From the NCBI GenBank assembly GCA_016720545.1, contig JADKKK010000003.1, positions 217,516-281,515 of the forward strand: 64,000 nucleotides of DNA. Reading direction: 5' to 3'. The position numbers were made by a program, and so were the translations under genes. Shown here piece by piece: positions 54,401 to 63,729 of the stretch. Position 1 is the stretch's first letter, and the number at the start of each line of letters is the position of its first letter. This DNA is from Myxococcales bacterium. Its GTDB lineage: Bacteria; Myxococcota_A; Polyangia; Polyangiales; Polyangiaceae. The notes beneath the pieces are model-generated. The model was not told where the DNA came from. It made no database searches and saw only the letters and a program-made list of their open reading frames with translations.

Positions 54401-55000
54401 CCGCGGGAGCATGTAGTGACTGGACTCCAAGTCCTCGAAAAACCTACGCAAAACGACGACAGCCGACGCATAGGTGCGGCGAATTCGCTGCTCTTGATCG
54501 AGCTTCTCGACGTCGATGCCGCGCATGCGCGCCGCGTCAGCCACCTGGCGCAAGCGGATCTTCGCCGTGGGCGAGCGGAAGTTGCCTCGCTCGCTGCGCA
54601 TGCACCGCGAGATCTCCTCGGCGAAGGCGAGCATCTCTTCGCGCGAGATGTCGCGCTGCATGATGAGCTCGGAGCCGCCGAGCCACTCGAAGATCTCGCC
54701 GAGCTCCGTGGCGAGCTGGTAGGTCCCGCGCGAGCCTTTCAGGAGCTGCCCGCCGACGAACGCGGCGCGGTGCGCGAAGAGGATGTTGAGGTTGGTCCCC
54801 GATCGCAGGCAGTAGTCGGCGACGATGTTGACGGTCTGATCGAGCTGCTGGAGGAACGCCTGGTTCGTCAGGTTGTGCACCTGCGCCAGCTTCGCGAGCT
54901 TGTAGACCGCCATGAGGGCGTTCGAGCCCTGGTCGCGCGCGTGCTCACGACGGACGAGCTCGCCCGCGTCGTTCGTCACGATATCGAGCCGCATCGTCAT
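51491..55000 (-). CDS. Large multidomain regulatory protein: HD-like domain + Pro-rich linker + DUF4388-like domain + C-terminal TPR
   Basis: The HD-like region reads 'AAMMHDVARP'. Low-complexity Pro/Ala linkers follow, including a 9-bp repeat giving (VQS)n. The DUF4388-like region reads 'PLVHVLVYMLDHALTGTVVFMEGEFEHAVYFVAGVP'. The ATG at 55000 overlaps the upstream kinase stop (ATGA). Confidence 0.65.
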   Translation of the reverse strand: MTMRLDIVTNDAGELVRREHARDQGSNALMAVYKLAKLAQVHNLTNQAFLQQLDQTVNIVADYCLRSGTNLNILFAHRAAFVGGQLLKGSRGTYQLATELGEIFEWLGGSELIMQRDISREEMLAFAEEISRCMRSERGNFRSPTAKIRLRQVADAARMRGIDVEKLDQEQRIRRTYASAVVVLRRFFEDLESSHYMLPRRIKRVAQSLVDLSDGTTPAFLGVTEVRNANHDEAGRAVNSAILAVAIAREVTSDRVVLAQVAMAAMMHDVARPRAFALSKANAGEFAAMMTTTTLSEDQEDRLAAGTAAVLTALGRVNEPTITRTVVAYEAQWMRRQQWLGPLYRGQRQPTVHARIMRIARRYNDLLTPEPGLPPPTTDFAVASLDAELTDPSDKTVLRMAVAALGLIPIGTVVQLSTGEVAEVTRGAAGSLDKPKLKIVMDARGGVIANGAEIDLGKPNPREPPRQINRVVSIDGWKKGLEGFPQEEANAGGGSDPPPEPPPPPAPPPVAAWTPPQQAPAPEPPPAEARSALPDPRANRPPIALGVDVSPAPPPVAPPDYSGWSSPSSQKASSANMKTSSANMRPSSGDLKRSSPSIGTTPSRVGQDFARAPAAPAARPPRPAPAARMRPEGVTPTAEGVLSTTPLVHVLVYMLDHALTGTVVFMEGEFEHAVYFVAGVPAKVRLAYGGIKLGEALARLEQLDGAGLDALSAEAKQAGLLFGQHLVANVGMPESVVGLGLELQLLENLATLTNLPVESTYSYFYNVNSLADWGAANIELQGALNAILTATRQWRDRDRIRATLLRISKHPLVFFEECAFESLVLTGEEEAVMALLRTESLTYAELIDRGVTDEEVVNSLVYTFAVTRQFAFKGQKKGPMAARAANAAPAPVAAPVAPPVHAAPPVAPRVQPAPPAPPPPPAAPVQSVQSVQSAQPAQPAVRAPLPAGGRRPMIRPIRPAAAEAPAPPPPPPPPPSRENLRHAEPPPDDDDDEKTAIAARPVFAPPRPAPRPQVAASPTAFASRPEQSAPVDLGEVEIEEEGVADAERALGAVTDFRLAEAALKRGDIPSAEVLAEKAVEGDPSQAEYRALLTWVRSQSRPNEALEFVGEFDLIIADDPVCETAHFYRGKLLKALGRQMDALAAFEDVLALNPDHRGASIEVRVLRARR

Positions 55001-57807
55001 GACGGCGAGCCCTCCACGCGCGCTGCGATCTTGGAGAGCGCCGTGGTGGCGGCCTGGCGGGTCTCCTCGGCCGTGCCCCACCGCGACTGAAACACCTCGT
55101 TGAGCGCGGCGATCGCGCCGCGTGAGCGCGCGTACTCGCCTAGCACCTCGCACGCGATCGCGCGGGTCGACTCGCGCGACTCGGACGCGAGCATGCCGCC
55201 CTTCCGAGCCAGGTCGAGCAGGAGCGGTTCGCCACGCTCGGGGCCGAGCAGGTAGAGCGCTCGCAGGACCTCTCGGCGCTCGTCGGCGCCGAGCTCGAAG
55301 AAGTTCTTCGCCTGGGTCATGCGCTGCACGGGCAGCCACGCGCCACGCAAGCCGTAGCGAATGATGGCGCGGAGCGACGCCATTCGCACGAGCGCCGACG
55401 GGTTCTCGAGCATGCGAGAGACCTCGTTCACCGCCTGGTCGGGCGAGCCCATCATCAGGATGCGCGCCTCGACGCGCACGTTGACGTCGTCGGTCTGGGC
55501 GAGGCTGGAGAGCGCCTGCCGAGCGGCGGGGGTGCCCGTGCGCCCGAGCAGCGCCACGATGGCGGCGGCGAGGTCGCTGTCGGCGCCGAGCGCGACCTGC
55601 GCGACCTCGGCCTCGCGGCCCGTGAGGTGCCGCTCGAGGAAGCCGATGAGCAGGGCGCGCACGGGCGGCGGCGACGGCTCGCGGAGCGCGTTTTGTACGC
55701 CCGTGAACTCGTTCGCAGGGAGGAGCGCCATGATGGGGGCGAACGCCTCGACGCGCGCCGGATCTTCCCGGAGGGTGCGCACGATGAGATCGAGGGTCTC
55801 TCCGCCAAAGAGCGCGCTCGTGAGGACGCTCACGAGCTTCCGGTGGCTCTCCGCGCTCGGCACCCGCGGCGCGAGGCGCTCGCAGACGGCCGAGTAGAGC
55901 TGGACGAGGACGTCCACCCTGCCGGCGACCACGAGGTCCTGCCCCGACTTGCGGAGCGAGGCGAGGACGAGGGGCGCGTCGCGATTGGCCGCGGCGTCGA
56001 GGAAGCCGTCGACGAGGGCGTCGACGAAGCGCTCGGCCCACTGATCGCGGCCGACCTCGAACTGGGCGAGCATGGCGCCCTTCACCACGTCGTCGAGGCC
56101 GAGGACGCTGGCCACCTTCGGGGCCGTGAGCGCGGTCTTGTCCGTGGAGAGCGCCATCGTGCGCGTCTCGAGGCGGCTGATGTTCTCGCGGTTGGCCGAC
56201 TCGGCCATGGCCTCGAGGCGATCGGACTCTTCGAAGAAGGCCTCGCGCGCGCCGGCGTCGCCTTCGGCGAAGGCCTCGGCGCACTCGTAGGTGATGCTCG
56301 GGAGCGCGCGCTCCCAGAACGCCGCCGCGAGGTCGTCCTCGGGGGGCAGGTCCCGCGCGGGGTCGAGCATGAAGAGCGTGAGCGTCTCCCTCAGCTCGTC
56401 GATGGAGATGCCCGGACCTAGCCGCATGCTGCGGATCCCGCACGCGAAGAGGTTGTAGGGGATGGAGTCGTAGGGGGCTTGGGGCTCCCACACGTTGTGG
56501 CCCAACGTGACGAACGAGTACGGGCGCACCGAGAACTGCAGGAGCTCGGGGTCGCGGCCGAGCGCCTCGCGGAAGGCGTCGTGGGCCGTGCGCAGCGAGC
56601 GATCGGTCGCGGGGTGCGCCCAACCGAACTGCCTCACGCTCGGGAGCACCCGGTCGAGGTGACGCAGGACGTCGCGGGCCCCTTGAACCCGCGGATCGTT
56701 CTCTGGCACCTCGGGGGCGGGGGGCGCAGCCTGGACGGGCGGCTTGGGGACCGCGCGCGCGCCCGACGCGGCGTCGGTGTGCGACCCCGAGGGGAGCTGG
56801 GCGTTCGCCTTTGGCGAGGACCCGCTGCTCGAGACCTCCTGAGGTGACGGGGCGGCCGCTTGAGGCTGCGCGACCGGCGCGGGCGCCGGCGCGGGCGCTG
56901 CCCGTCGACCACCGTACGAGAGCGGCTCGCCGCCCGCGTTCTTGAGCGCCTCGAGCACGGCCGCCTGCATCTCGCGCGCATCGGCGAAGCGGTTGCGTCG
57001 GTCCCACTGGAGCGACTTGTCCGTGAGCGCGATGACGTCGATGGGCAGATTCGGCGCAAGACGGGCCACGGAGGGCACCGGCTTCGTGGCCGCCATCACG
57101 AGCGCCTCTTGCTCGGTGCGGCCGTTGTTGATGCGGTGCCCCGTCACGAGCGCGTGGAGCATGGCGCCCACGGAGAAGATGTCGGCGCGGCCGTCGAGCT
57201 GATCGACGAGCCCCATCGCCTGCTCCGGGGACATGTAGGCCGGCGTGCCGAGCGCGGTGCCGGTCGCGGTGCGTTCGCTCGTGGCGTCGCGCATCTGGGC
57301 GACGCCGAAGTCGAGCACCTTGATGTCACCGGTGTCGGTGATGAAGATGTTCGCGGGCTTGAGGTCGCGGTGGATGACGTTGATGGCGTGGCAGGCGACG
57401 AGACAGTCGAGCACGCGCTCGCAGATTTGAAGGACGCGTACGACGGGCATCGTGCGGCCCGACTTCTTCCACGCGTCGCGGACCGTCTCGCCCTCGAGGA
57501 GCTCCATCACGAGGAACGGCTCGCCGTTCTCGGTCTCGTCGTCGTCCTGGACCTGAACCGTCGCCGGATGCCCGACCTTGTTCGAGACGTACGCCTCGCG
57601 GAGAAAGCGCTCGACCACCGTGCGCTCTCGCGCGAAGTCGGCGTGGAGGATCTTCAACGCGGCGCGCGTGCTGTTGCGGTGGACGGCCGCGTACACGGCG
57701 GCCATTCCTCCGACTCCAAGGAGGGACTCGATGGTCCACTTGCCTTTGATGACCTGCCCAACCCTGGCTGCCGGGTTGGCCGCGTCGGTCTGGTTCTTCG
57801 CCGCCAC
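54997..57807 (-). CDS. Ser/Thr protein kinase (936 aa) with long C-terminal HEAT/ARM-like region
   Basis: The kinase motifs are 'LGVGGMAAVYAA', 'HRDLKPANIFI', 'DFGVAQ' and 'YMSPEQ'. The C-terminal half is helical repeats. Confidence 0.85.
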   Translation of the reverse strand: MAAKNQTDAANPAARVGQVIKGKWTIESLLGVGGMAAVYAAVHRNSTRAALKILHADFARERTVVERFLREAYVSNKVGHPATVQVQDDDETENGEPFLVMELLEGETVRDAWKKSGRTMPVVRVLQICERVLDCLVACHAINVIHRDLKPANIFITDTGDIKVLDFGVAQMRDATSERTATGTALGTPAYMSPEQAMGLVDQLDGRADIFSVGAMLHALVTGHRINNGRTEQEALVMAATKPVPSVARLAPNLPIDVIALTDKSLQWDRRNRFADAREMQAAVLEALKNAGGEPLSYGGRRAAPAPAPAPVAQPQAAAPSPQEVSSSGSSPKANAQLPSGSHTDAASGARAVPKPPVQAAPPAPEVPENDPRVQGARDVLRHLDRVLPSVRQFGWAHPATDRSLRTAHDAFREALGRDPELLQFSVRPYSFVTLGHNVWEPQAPYDSIPYNLFACGIRSMRLGPGISIDELRETLTLFMLDPARDLPPEDDLAAAFWERALPSITYECAEAFAEGDAGAREAFFEESDRLEAMAESANRENISRLETRTMALSTDKTALTAPKVASVLGLDDVVKGAMLAQFEVGRDQWAERFVDALVDGFLDAAANRDAPLVLASLRKSGQDLVVAGRVDVLVQLYSAVCERLAPRVPSAESHRKLVSVLTSALFGGETLDLIVRTLREDPARVEAFAPIMALLPANEFTGVQNALREPSPPPVRALLIGFLERHLTGREAEVAQVALGADSDLAAAIVALLGRTGTPAARQALSSLAQTDDVNVRVEARILMMGSPDQAVNEVSRMLENPSALVRMASLRAIIRYGLRGAWLPVQRMTQAKNFFELGADERREVLRALYLLGPERGEPLLLDLARKGGMLASESRESTRAIACEVLGEYARSRGAIAALNEVFQSRWGTAEETRQAATTALSKIAARVEGSPS

Positions 57808-57954
57808 GTTCTATTCCACCGGAGGTCGGGCCACACTAGAAGACGGCGGGAGCGCCGGACTCAGGCGTCGACGAGCTACAGAATAGCGAGCCTCGCGCTA
57901 CGTTCCCAGGAAGTTTTGGCATTTCGCTCGGTCGCCGCGCCGTCAGCCGCGGGC

Positions 57955-57980
57955 ATCCTGGCATGCGACGTGCGAGCGCT
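57955..57980 (+). promoter_or_regulatory. Candidate sigma-54-type promoter upstream of the copZ-like gene
   Basis: 'cTGGCATgcgacgtGCg' has GG-N10-GC spacing. It lies about 35 nt upstream of the copZ-like ATG, which is preceded by a GAGAGGTAGGA ribosome-binding site. Confidence 0.25.
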
Positions 57981-58007
57981 CGCTCACCACCCGAGAGGTA
58001 GGACACC

Positions 58008-58241
58008 ATGCCGACGATCGTGCTGAATATCGAGGGGATGACGTGCGGGGGCTGCGTGAAGGCGGTGCAAAATGTGCTGGGCCGGCTAGAAGGTGCCGAG
58101 GTCGTCGAAGTGAGCGTCGGCCGCGCAGTACTGCGTTTCGGTTCAGCGTGGGGAGGTGATTCGAGCCCGGCGGTCGCGGCGATCGCCAAGGCAGGCTTCA
58201 CCGCGCGCGTCGCGGAACCTGCGGGGGACGCTACGCGCTGA
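58008..58241 (+). CDS. copZ: Heavy-metal-associated (HMA) copper-chaperone-like protein
   Basis: It carries the 'GMTCGGC' metal-binding motif, is 77 aa long and has a good ribosome-binding site. Confidence 0.75.
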   Translation: MPTIVLNIEGMTCGGCVKAVQNVLGRLEGAEVVEVSVGRAVLRFGSAWGGDSSPAVAAIAKAGFTARVAEPAGDATR

Positions 58242-60696
58242 GGCGACGCACCGCGAGCAGGCCGAGCACGGCCGCGGCGAGGCCCGCGAGCGGCGCGAGC
58301 GGCGTGGGGATAACGCCGAACGCGAGCCCGAGCACGGCCACGACCGTGGGCGCTACGCCGAACACGAGGCCACGCCGCACTCGCTCGCGCAGGCTCCGGG
58401 CGAGGCTCAGGGCGAGCGCCGCGGCGCGCACGTCGTCGGTGGCGAGGAGCACGGCGAAGTCACCGGGGAGGCCGATCGAGCCGAGCGCGATCGACACGTC
58501 GGCCGCGGCAAGCGCGGCGTCGTCGGCCACCGCGCGCCCCACCACCGCCACGACGTGGCCTCCCTCGGCGAGGGCTCGCACCTCGGCGGCGCGGTCCTGC
58601 GGGAGCACCTCGGGCCTCACGTGGTCGATGTCGAGCGCCCGCGCGAGGGTATCGCAGGCCTCGCGCGTCTCGCCGCTCACGAGCACGGGCTCGACGCGAG
58701 CCTCGAGCAATCGCTGGATCGCGGCGCGCGCCCCGGGTCGCAGCGCGTCTTGGAGGGCGACGAGACCGGCGAGCTTGCCCGAGAGCGCGACGAGCACGAC
58801 GCTCGCCCCCTGGGCCTCGAGCTCGCGGACGCGCTCCTCCGAGGCGGCGACGCTCACGCGCTCCTTCAACAGGTGGGCGCGGCTCCCGACGATGAGCGGC
58901 TCGCCGTTGGCGAGGAGCGCCGTCACGCCGAGGCCCTCGTGTGTGAGGACGCTGCGAAGCGACTCGGCCACCACGCCCTCGCCCGCCGCGGCCCCTAGGA
59001 GCGCCTTGCCGGCGGGCGTGCCACGCGAGCCCTCGGCGCCCGCGGCGAGCGCCAAGATGCGCTTTCGATCGTAGACGCGCGCGCCGAGCGGATCGATCGC
59101 GATGACCTCGGGCTCGCCCATGAGGACGGTGCCGCGGGAGCACAGGACGGCCACGTCGCTCATGCCCGCGAGCTCCAGCGCGCGGGCGTCGCGGAAGGCG
59201 ATGCCCGCGGTCAGGGCGTCCTGCTGGGTCGCCGCCGTGGCGAGCGTGAGCGTGGCGACCACTCCGACCACCGAGAGGGATGTCCCCGCCGCGAAGGCGG
59301 CCGACAGTACGCCGAGCCAGGGCGCGTTGCTCGCGAACTCGGCCGCGCCGACGAGCGCGCACACGATGGGCAGCGCGCGGGGTGTCCACACACGCACGAG
59401 GCCGAAGAGGCCGGCGGTCTCGCGCCCCGCGAACCGTCGCGTCGCGAGGCGCTCTCGCCCCACGGCGCTGGCCTCCACGACGAGCTCGCCCTCGAGCACG
59501 GTGAGGCCCGCCAGGACCGCGTCGCCGGCGGCCTTGGTGGCCTCAGTGCCCGCGAACGCCCATGGGATCACCGTGGCCCGGCCGCGAACCACGACCCCGT
59601 CCACGCGCAGAACCTCGCCAGCCGCGACGGCCACGCGATCGCCGAGGCGGAGGTCGGAGGAAGGGAGCGTCACCGTGGTCGATCCGACGACCCGCCGCGC
59701 ACCTCCGCCCAAGTGGGCGGCGAGTTCCTCTGTATATCCAAGCACTTCCGCTTCTGCCCTGAGCGCCGCGAGCTGCGACAACACGAGCGCCGCGACCGCG
59801 AGCCCGGCCGCGGAGACCACGCCTCCCGCCTGGTCGACGCGGAGCGCGGCCGCCACGACCGCGACCGCGACCAGGCCGAGCGTGGGCGCGCCCGCGATCC
59901 ATGGCGAGGGCTCGCCAAGGACCCGCGGCTTTCGCACGAACCACGGCACCAGCAGCGCCGCGCCGAGCAGCACGAGGCCCGCGCGGAGCCGCGGCTCGGG
60001 GACGCCCGCCAGGGCCAAGGCGAACGCCCCCGCGCCCGCCACCACCGCGGCGAGAGGTAGCCAGAGTCGCGCGAAGGGCGCGCGGGTCACCTGCCCGGAC
60101 GCGGGCGACGGTTCGTCGAGCGACCGCTGGGTGTGCGGCGCCGGCAGCGACGCGGGCTCCTCCTCCGCCCACCGGGCGTAGTCTACGGAGGGCGCGAGGT
60201 ACGGCTCGTCGACGGCGCTCTGCGACGCGGGCGCCGGCGGCGGCGCGGAGGGCGCGAGCTCCTCGAGCGGCGGCGTGGAGGCCCACGAGCGGAGGGTGGG
60301 GTGGGAGGGCGGGTCGGTGTCGCGCCGGGCCCCGTCGTCGGCGGGGTCATCGACATCGATCGAGACCTCGGGCGCTGCCGGCGTGCGCGGGCGTGTGCGC
60401 GGCCCCGACTCGACGGCCTGGTCGCGCGGCGACGGCGCCACGCCCGGCGGCCTCGCCGACGGCGCCACGCCCGGCGGCCTCGCCGAGCGAGTGAGCGACG
60501 CCACCCGCGGGGGCTCCGCGGTGAGGTCGAACGACCGCTCCGCCGACGGCGAGCTCTCGACGTACGCAGCCTTGCAGCTCGCGTCGCAGAAGTAGCGGAA
60601 GCGCCCGTCGAGGATCGCCACGTGCCCCGCGCGCAGCGGATCGGTCGGCCTCCCACAGCCGAGGCACTGCACGGGGTCTTGTGCGGCTTGACTCAT
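58231..60696 (-). CDS. P1B-type (heavy-metal) ATPase-like membrane protein with degenerate catalytic motifs and N-terminal Cys-rich zinc-ribbon
   Basis: The topology and length fit a P1B ATPase, with 8 TM helices. However DKTGT is replaced by 'CSRGT', TGES by 'GTEAT', GDGxND by 'GRAVADD', and no CPC is seen in the TM6 region. The N-terminus has 'CLGCGRP...FCDASC'. It overlaps the copZ-like gene convergently by 11 bp. Confidence 0.65.
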   Translation of the reverse strand: MSQAAQDPVQCLGCGRPTDPLRAGHVAILDGRFRYFCDASCKAAYVESSPSAERSFDLTAEPPRVASLTRSARPPGVAPSARPPGVAPSPRDQAVESGPRTRPRTPAAPEVSIDVDDPADDGARRDTDPPSHPTLRSWASTPPLEELAPSAPPPAPASQSAVDEPYLAPSVDYARWAEEEPASLPAPHTQRSLDEPSPASGQVTRAPFARLWLPLAAVVAGAGAFALALAGVPEPRLRAGLVLLGAALLVPWFVRKPRVLGEPSPWIAGAPTLGLVAVAVVAAALRVDQAGGVVSAAGLAVAALVLSQLAALRAEAEVLGYTEELAAHLGGGARRVVGSTTVTLPSSDLRLGDRVAVAAGEVLRVDGVVVRGRATVIPWAFAGTEATKAAGDAVLAGLTVLEGELVVEASAVGRERLATRRFAGRETAGLFGLVRVWTPRALPIVCALVGAAEFASNAPWLGVLSAAFAAGTSLSVVGVVATLTLATAATQQDALTAGIAFRDARALELAGMSDVAVLCSRGTVLMGEPEVIAIDPLGARVYDRKRILALAAGAEGSRGTPAGKALLGAAAGEGVVAESLRSVLTHEGLGVTALLANGEPLIVGSRAHLLKERVSVAASEERVRELEAQGASVVLVALSGKLAGLVALQDALRPGARAAIQRLLEARVEPVLVSGETREACDTLARALDIDHVRPEVLPQDRAAEVRALAEGGHVVAVVGRAVADDAALAAADVSIALGSIGLPGDFAVLLATDDVRAAALALSLARSLRERVRRGLVFGVAPTVVAVLGLAFGVIPTPLAPLAGLAAAVLGLLAVRRLSA

Positions 60697-60754
60697 GGGT
60701 CTGCGAGTCGCCTTGTGCCGCGCCCTCGCGCGGAACGCAAGCGACGCTGGCCGA

Positions 60755-61969
60755 TCACCCGCCGCGCTCGCTCGCCATGGCTCGGAGCGTGGCCTTCAGC
60801 AGGCCGACGGCGTCGGTCAGCTGGGCCTCTGTCACCACGAGAGGCGGCACGAAGCGTATGACGCGTGCGCCCGCGCCCGTGAGCAGCAGCCCAGCGACAG
60901 CGGCACGAGCCACGACGTCGCGTGCGACCCACCCTGGCGCCAGCACCAGGCCTCGCAGGAGCCCCACGCCGCGCTCCGCCTCGCACACGCTCGGGAGCTC
61001 GGCGACGAGACCGCGCAGCCCCGCCGCGAGGTGCTCACCCTTGGCGCGGGCACCCTCCACGAGCCCCTCCGTCGCGACGGCCGAAAGCACGGCGCGCGCC
61101 GCGGCGCAGCCAAGCGGGTTGCCCGCATAGGTGGAGCCGTGCGTGCCCGGGGGCAGCGCCTCGGCGAGGGCCTCCCGCGTGAGGATCGCGCCTATCGGGA
61201 AGCCCCCGCCGAGCCCCTTCGCGAGCGCCACGGCGTCCGGCGCGACGCCGGCCCGCTGGAAGCCGAACCACGCGCCCGTGCGACCCACCCCCGTCTGCAC
61301 CTCGTCGAACAGCAGCAGCGCGCCGCGCGCGTCGCAGGCCGCGCGGAGGCCCGCGAGGAAGCCCTCCGGCGCAGGCAGCACCCCGCCCTCGCCTTGAATG
61401 GGCTCGACCACGACCGCGGCGAACTCGTCGGTCAGGGCCGCGCGCACCGCTTCGAGGTCGCCGTAGGGCACGTGCGTGACACCGGCGACCTCTCCGAAGC
61501 CTTCCCGATACTTGGGCGTCCCCGTGAGGCTGAGGGCGCCCATGGTGCGACCGTGAAACGCGTTGTCGAACGCGAGAAAACGCGTGCGCGAGAGCTGGCC
61601 TCTGCCGAAGAAATGATGGCGCGCGAGCTTGAACAGCGCCTCGAGCGCCTCCGCGCCCGAGTTGCAGAACATGGCCCGATCGAAGCCCGACAGACGGCAG
61701 AGCTCGTCGGCCAGCAGCACGTTCTCTTCGTTGTAGAACCAGTTCGACACGTGCCCGAGCTTCGCGACCTGCGCCGATACGGCGGCCACATACGCGGGGT
61801 GGGCGTGCCCGAGCGTGCACACAGCGACCCCGGCCGCCATGTCCAGGTAGCGCGCGCCCTCCACGTCCCACACCTCGCAGCCCTTGCCGCGCGAGAGCAC
61901 GAACGGCGCGGGCCGATAGTTCGGGTAGAGGCGCTGGCTGGCGAGGGCGAGGAGCTCGGCGTTGTTCAT
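60755..61969 (-). CDS. argD: Class-III PLP aminotransferase, acetylornithine aminotransferase-like
   Basis: It carries 'LLFDEVQTGVGRTGAWFGFQ' and 'GSTYAGNPLGCAAA', and is 404 aa. Confidence 0.8.
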   Translation of the reverse strand: MNNAELLALASQRLYPNYRPAPFVLSRGKGCEVWDVEGARYLDMAAGVAVCTLGHAHPAYVAAVSAQVAKLGHVSNWFYNEENVLLADELCRLSGFDRAMFCNSGAEALEALFKLARHHFFGRGQLSRTRFLAFDNAFHGRTMGALSLTGTPKYREGFGEVAGVTHVPYGDLEAVRAALTDEFAAVVVEPIQGEGGVLPAPEGFLAGLRAACDARGALLLFDEVQTGVGRTGAWFGFQRAGVAPDAVALAKGLGGGFPIGAILTREALAEALPPGTHGSTYAGNPLGCAAARAVLSAVATEGLVEGARAKGEHLAAGLRGLVAELPSVCEAERGVGLLRGLVLAPGWVARDVVARAAVAGLLLTGAGARVIRFVPPLVVTEAQLTDAVGLLKATLRAMASERGG

Positions 61970-62030
61970 GGCGGTGACGCGCAGCTTAGCAGCCCCGAGT
62001 AGCGAGGCGATCTCCCTCCCCCCTCGAGGG

Positions 62031-63729
62031 TCAGCGGAGACGCGCCACGACCGAGCCCGTCGCGGGCAGCTCGAGGGTGATCTTCGCCCCCTCGCGGCGC
62101 GCGATCCCCGCGCCGAGCGCCCGCTCGGTGAGCGTGCCCTCCACCTCGGCCACGCCGGACTGAGCCGCCTCGGTGAGGTTCTCGGCGACCAGCCACGCCT
62201 CCGAGGCGTCGGAGCGCACGAAGGCGAACACGCTCGGGTTCCCCACGTCGACGAGCTTCATGTCGCCCGCGCCGAACACCCGCCGGCCGCGCCGCAGCGC
62301 GAGGAGCTGCTTGTAATGTACATACATCGACCCGGGCTCGGCTCGCTCGGCCTCGACGTTCGTCACGTCGGCGTCGGGGGCGAGGGCGAGCCAGGGCTTC
62401 CCCGTGGAGAAGCCGTGGTTCTGCCCGCCGCGCGTCCAGGGCATGGGGGTGCGCGCCGAGTCGCGATTGTCGACCACCTTCTCGGCGCCGGGGCGGAGGC
62501 CGAGCTCCTCGCCGTAATAGATGTAGGGAGTGCCCCGCGCGAGCAGCTGGATCTCCACCGCGCGCCGGTGCCGCCACTCCTTCCCCTGCGCCACCGCGTA
62601 CGCGCGCCCGACGTCGTGCGAGCCGATGACGAGGGCGCTTTGGGCACCGGCCGGGAACGTGGCGGCCGACTCGAACGCGCGGTCGATCTGGGCGCGGCTC
62701 TCCGACTGGAAGGCGAGCGGCCACAGGTATCCATAGTCGAACAGGAAGGCCATCTGGAACATGTCGGAGCCAGAGCCGAAGTAGGCCTTCGGGCTCTCGA
62801 ACAGCACCGACTCGGCGACCATCGCGCGGTCCGGGAACGTGTCGAGCACGCCGCGGAGCTTCCGTAGGTACTCGCCGGTCTTGGGCTGGAGCGCGCCGCA
62901 ATCCTTCGCGACGGGCGACTCGTAGAGCAATCCGATCACGTCGCAGCGGAAGCCATCGACGCCCTTCTCGAGCCACCTCCGCGCGACGCCGAGGGTGTCG
63001 GAGACCACGGCCGGATCGTCGAAGTTGAGGTCGGGCTGACCCAGGGTAAAACCTATGAAAATAATACTGATTTCGGGTCGGATCGAGCGTCCACGGCGTG
63101 GTCCCGAACTGCGCGTTGAAGGGGCCACACGCGTTCGTCGGCGAGGAGGCCGTGTCCGACCACACGTACGTGTTCGCGCGGGGGCCGGTCTTGTCCTTGC
63201 GCGACTCTTGGAACCAGGGGTGCGCCTCCGAGGTGTGGTTGAACACGAGGTCGAGGAACACGCGCATCTTGCGGTTGTGGGCTTCGTCCAGCAGCTCCTT
63301 CAGGTCGGCGTCGGTGCCGTACTCCGGCGCGATCGCGTCGTAGTCGGCGACGTCGTAGCCCGAGTCCTTGAAGGGGCTCTTGAAGATCGGCATGAGCCAC
63401 AGAGCATCGACCCCGAGGCGCTGCAGATCGTCGAGCCGCGAGGTGAGGCCCTTCAGGTCGCCGATGCCGTCGCCGTTCGAGTCCTGGAACGAGCGGACCA
63501 TCACCTCGTAGAACACCGCGTGGCGGTACCAGTCGGGCCCCGTGAGGAGCGCCGCGGCCCTGGCCTGCTGCTCCGCGGTGGGCTCGGTGGGCGCCGCGGG
63601 CGCGGGCGCGGGCGCGGGGGCAGGCGTCGTGGCCGCGCTGCATGCGGCCGCGAGGAGCCCGAGGGCCGCCGCGAGGCGCGCGAGCGCGGTCAGGGGTCGC
63701 GTGGTTCGGCGAGGTACGGGCGCGCTCAT
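62031..63729 (-). pseudogene. GH13 alpha-amylase-family lipoprotein (trehalose-synthase/oligo-1,6-glucosidase-like) with a +1 frameshift
   Basis: The N-terminal part, up to '...NQYYFHRFYPG', runs from ATG 63729 and has a lipobox ('LLAAACS'). The remainder, '...GQPDLNFDDPAVV...GVDGFRCDV...YYGEELG', is in another frame. Deleting one G near 63040-63046 joins the two frames to give 'FYPGQPDLNFDDP'. Confidence 0.7.

Noticed and set aside
51464-55090. 1208-aa plus-strand ORF, together with the other long plus-strand ORFs at 9065..11794, 11885..13513, 19767..21587 and 44550..46835
   Set aside because: All are antisense to genes supported by domains and motifs. They have low-complexity R/G/A/E composition and no start or ribosome-binding-site support.
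57808-58007. tRNA or other structured RNA gene in the kinase/copZ intergenic region, and elsewhere in gaps >150 bp
   Set aside because: No cloverleaf-compatible segment or T-loop-like GTTCRAnYC motif was recognised by eye in any intergenic gap. This cannot be excluded without a covariance-model scan.
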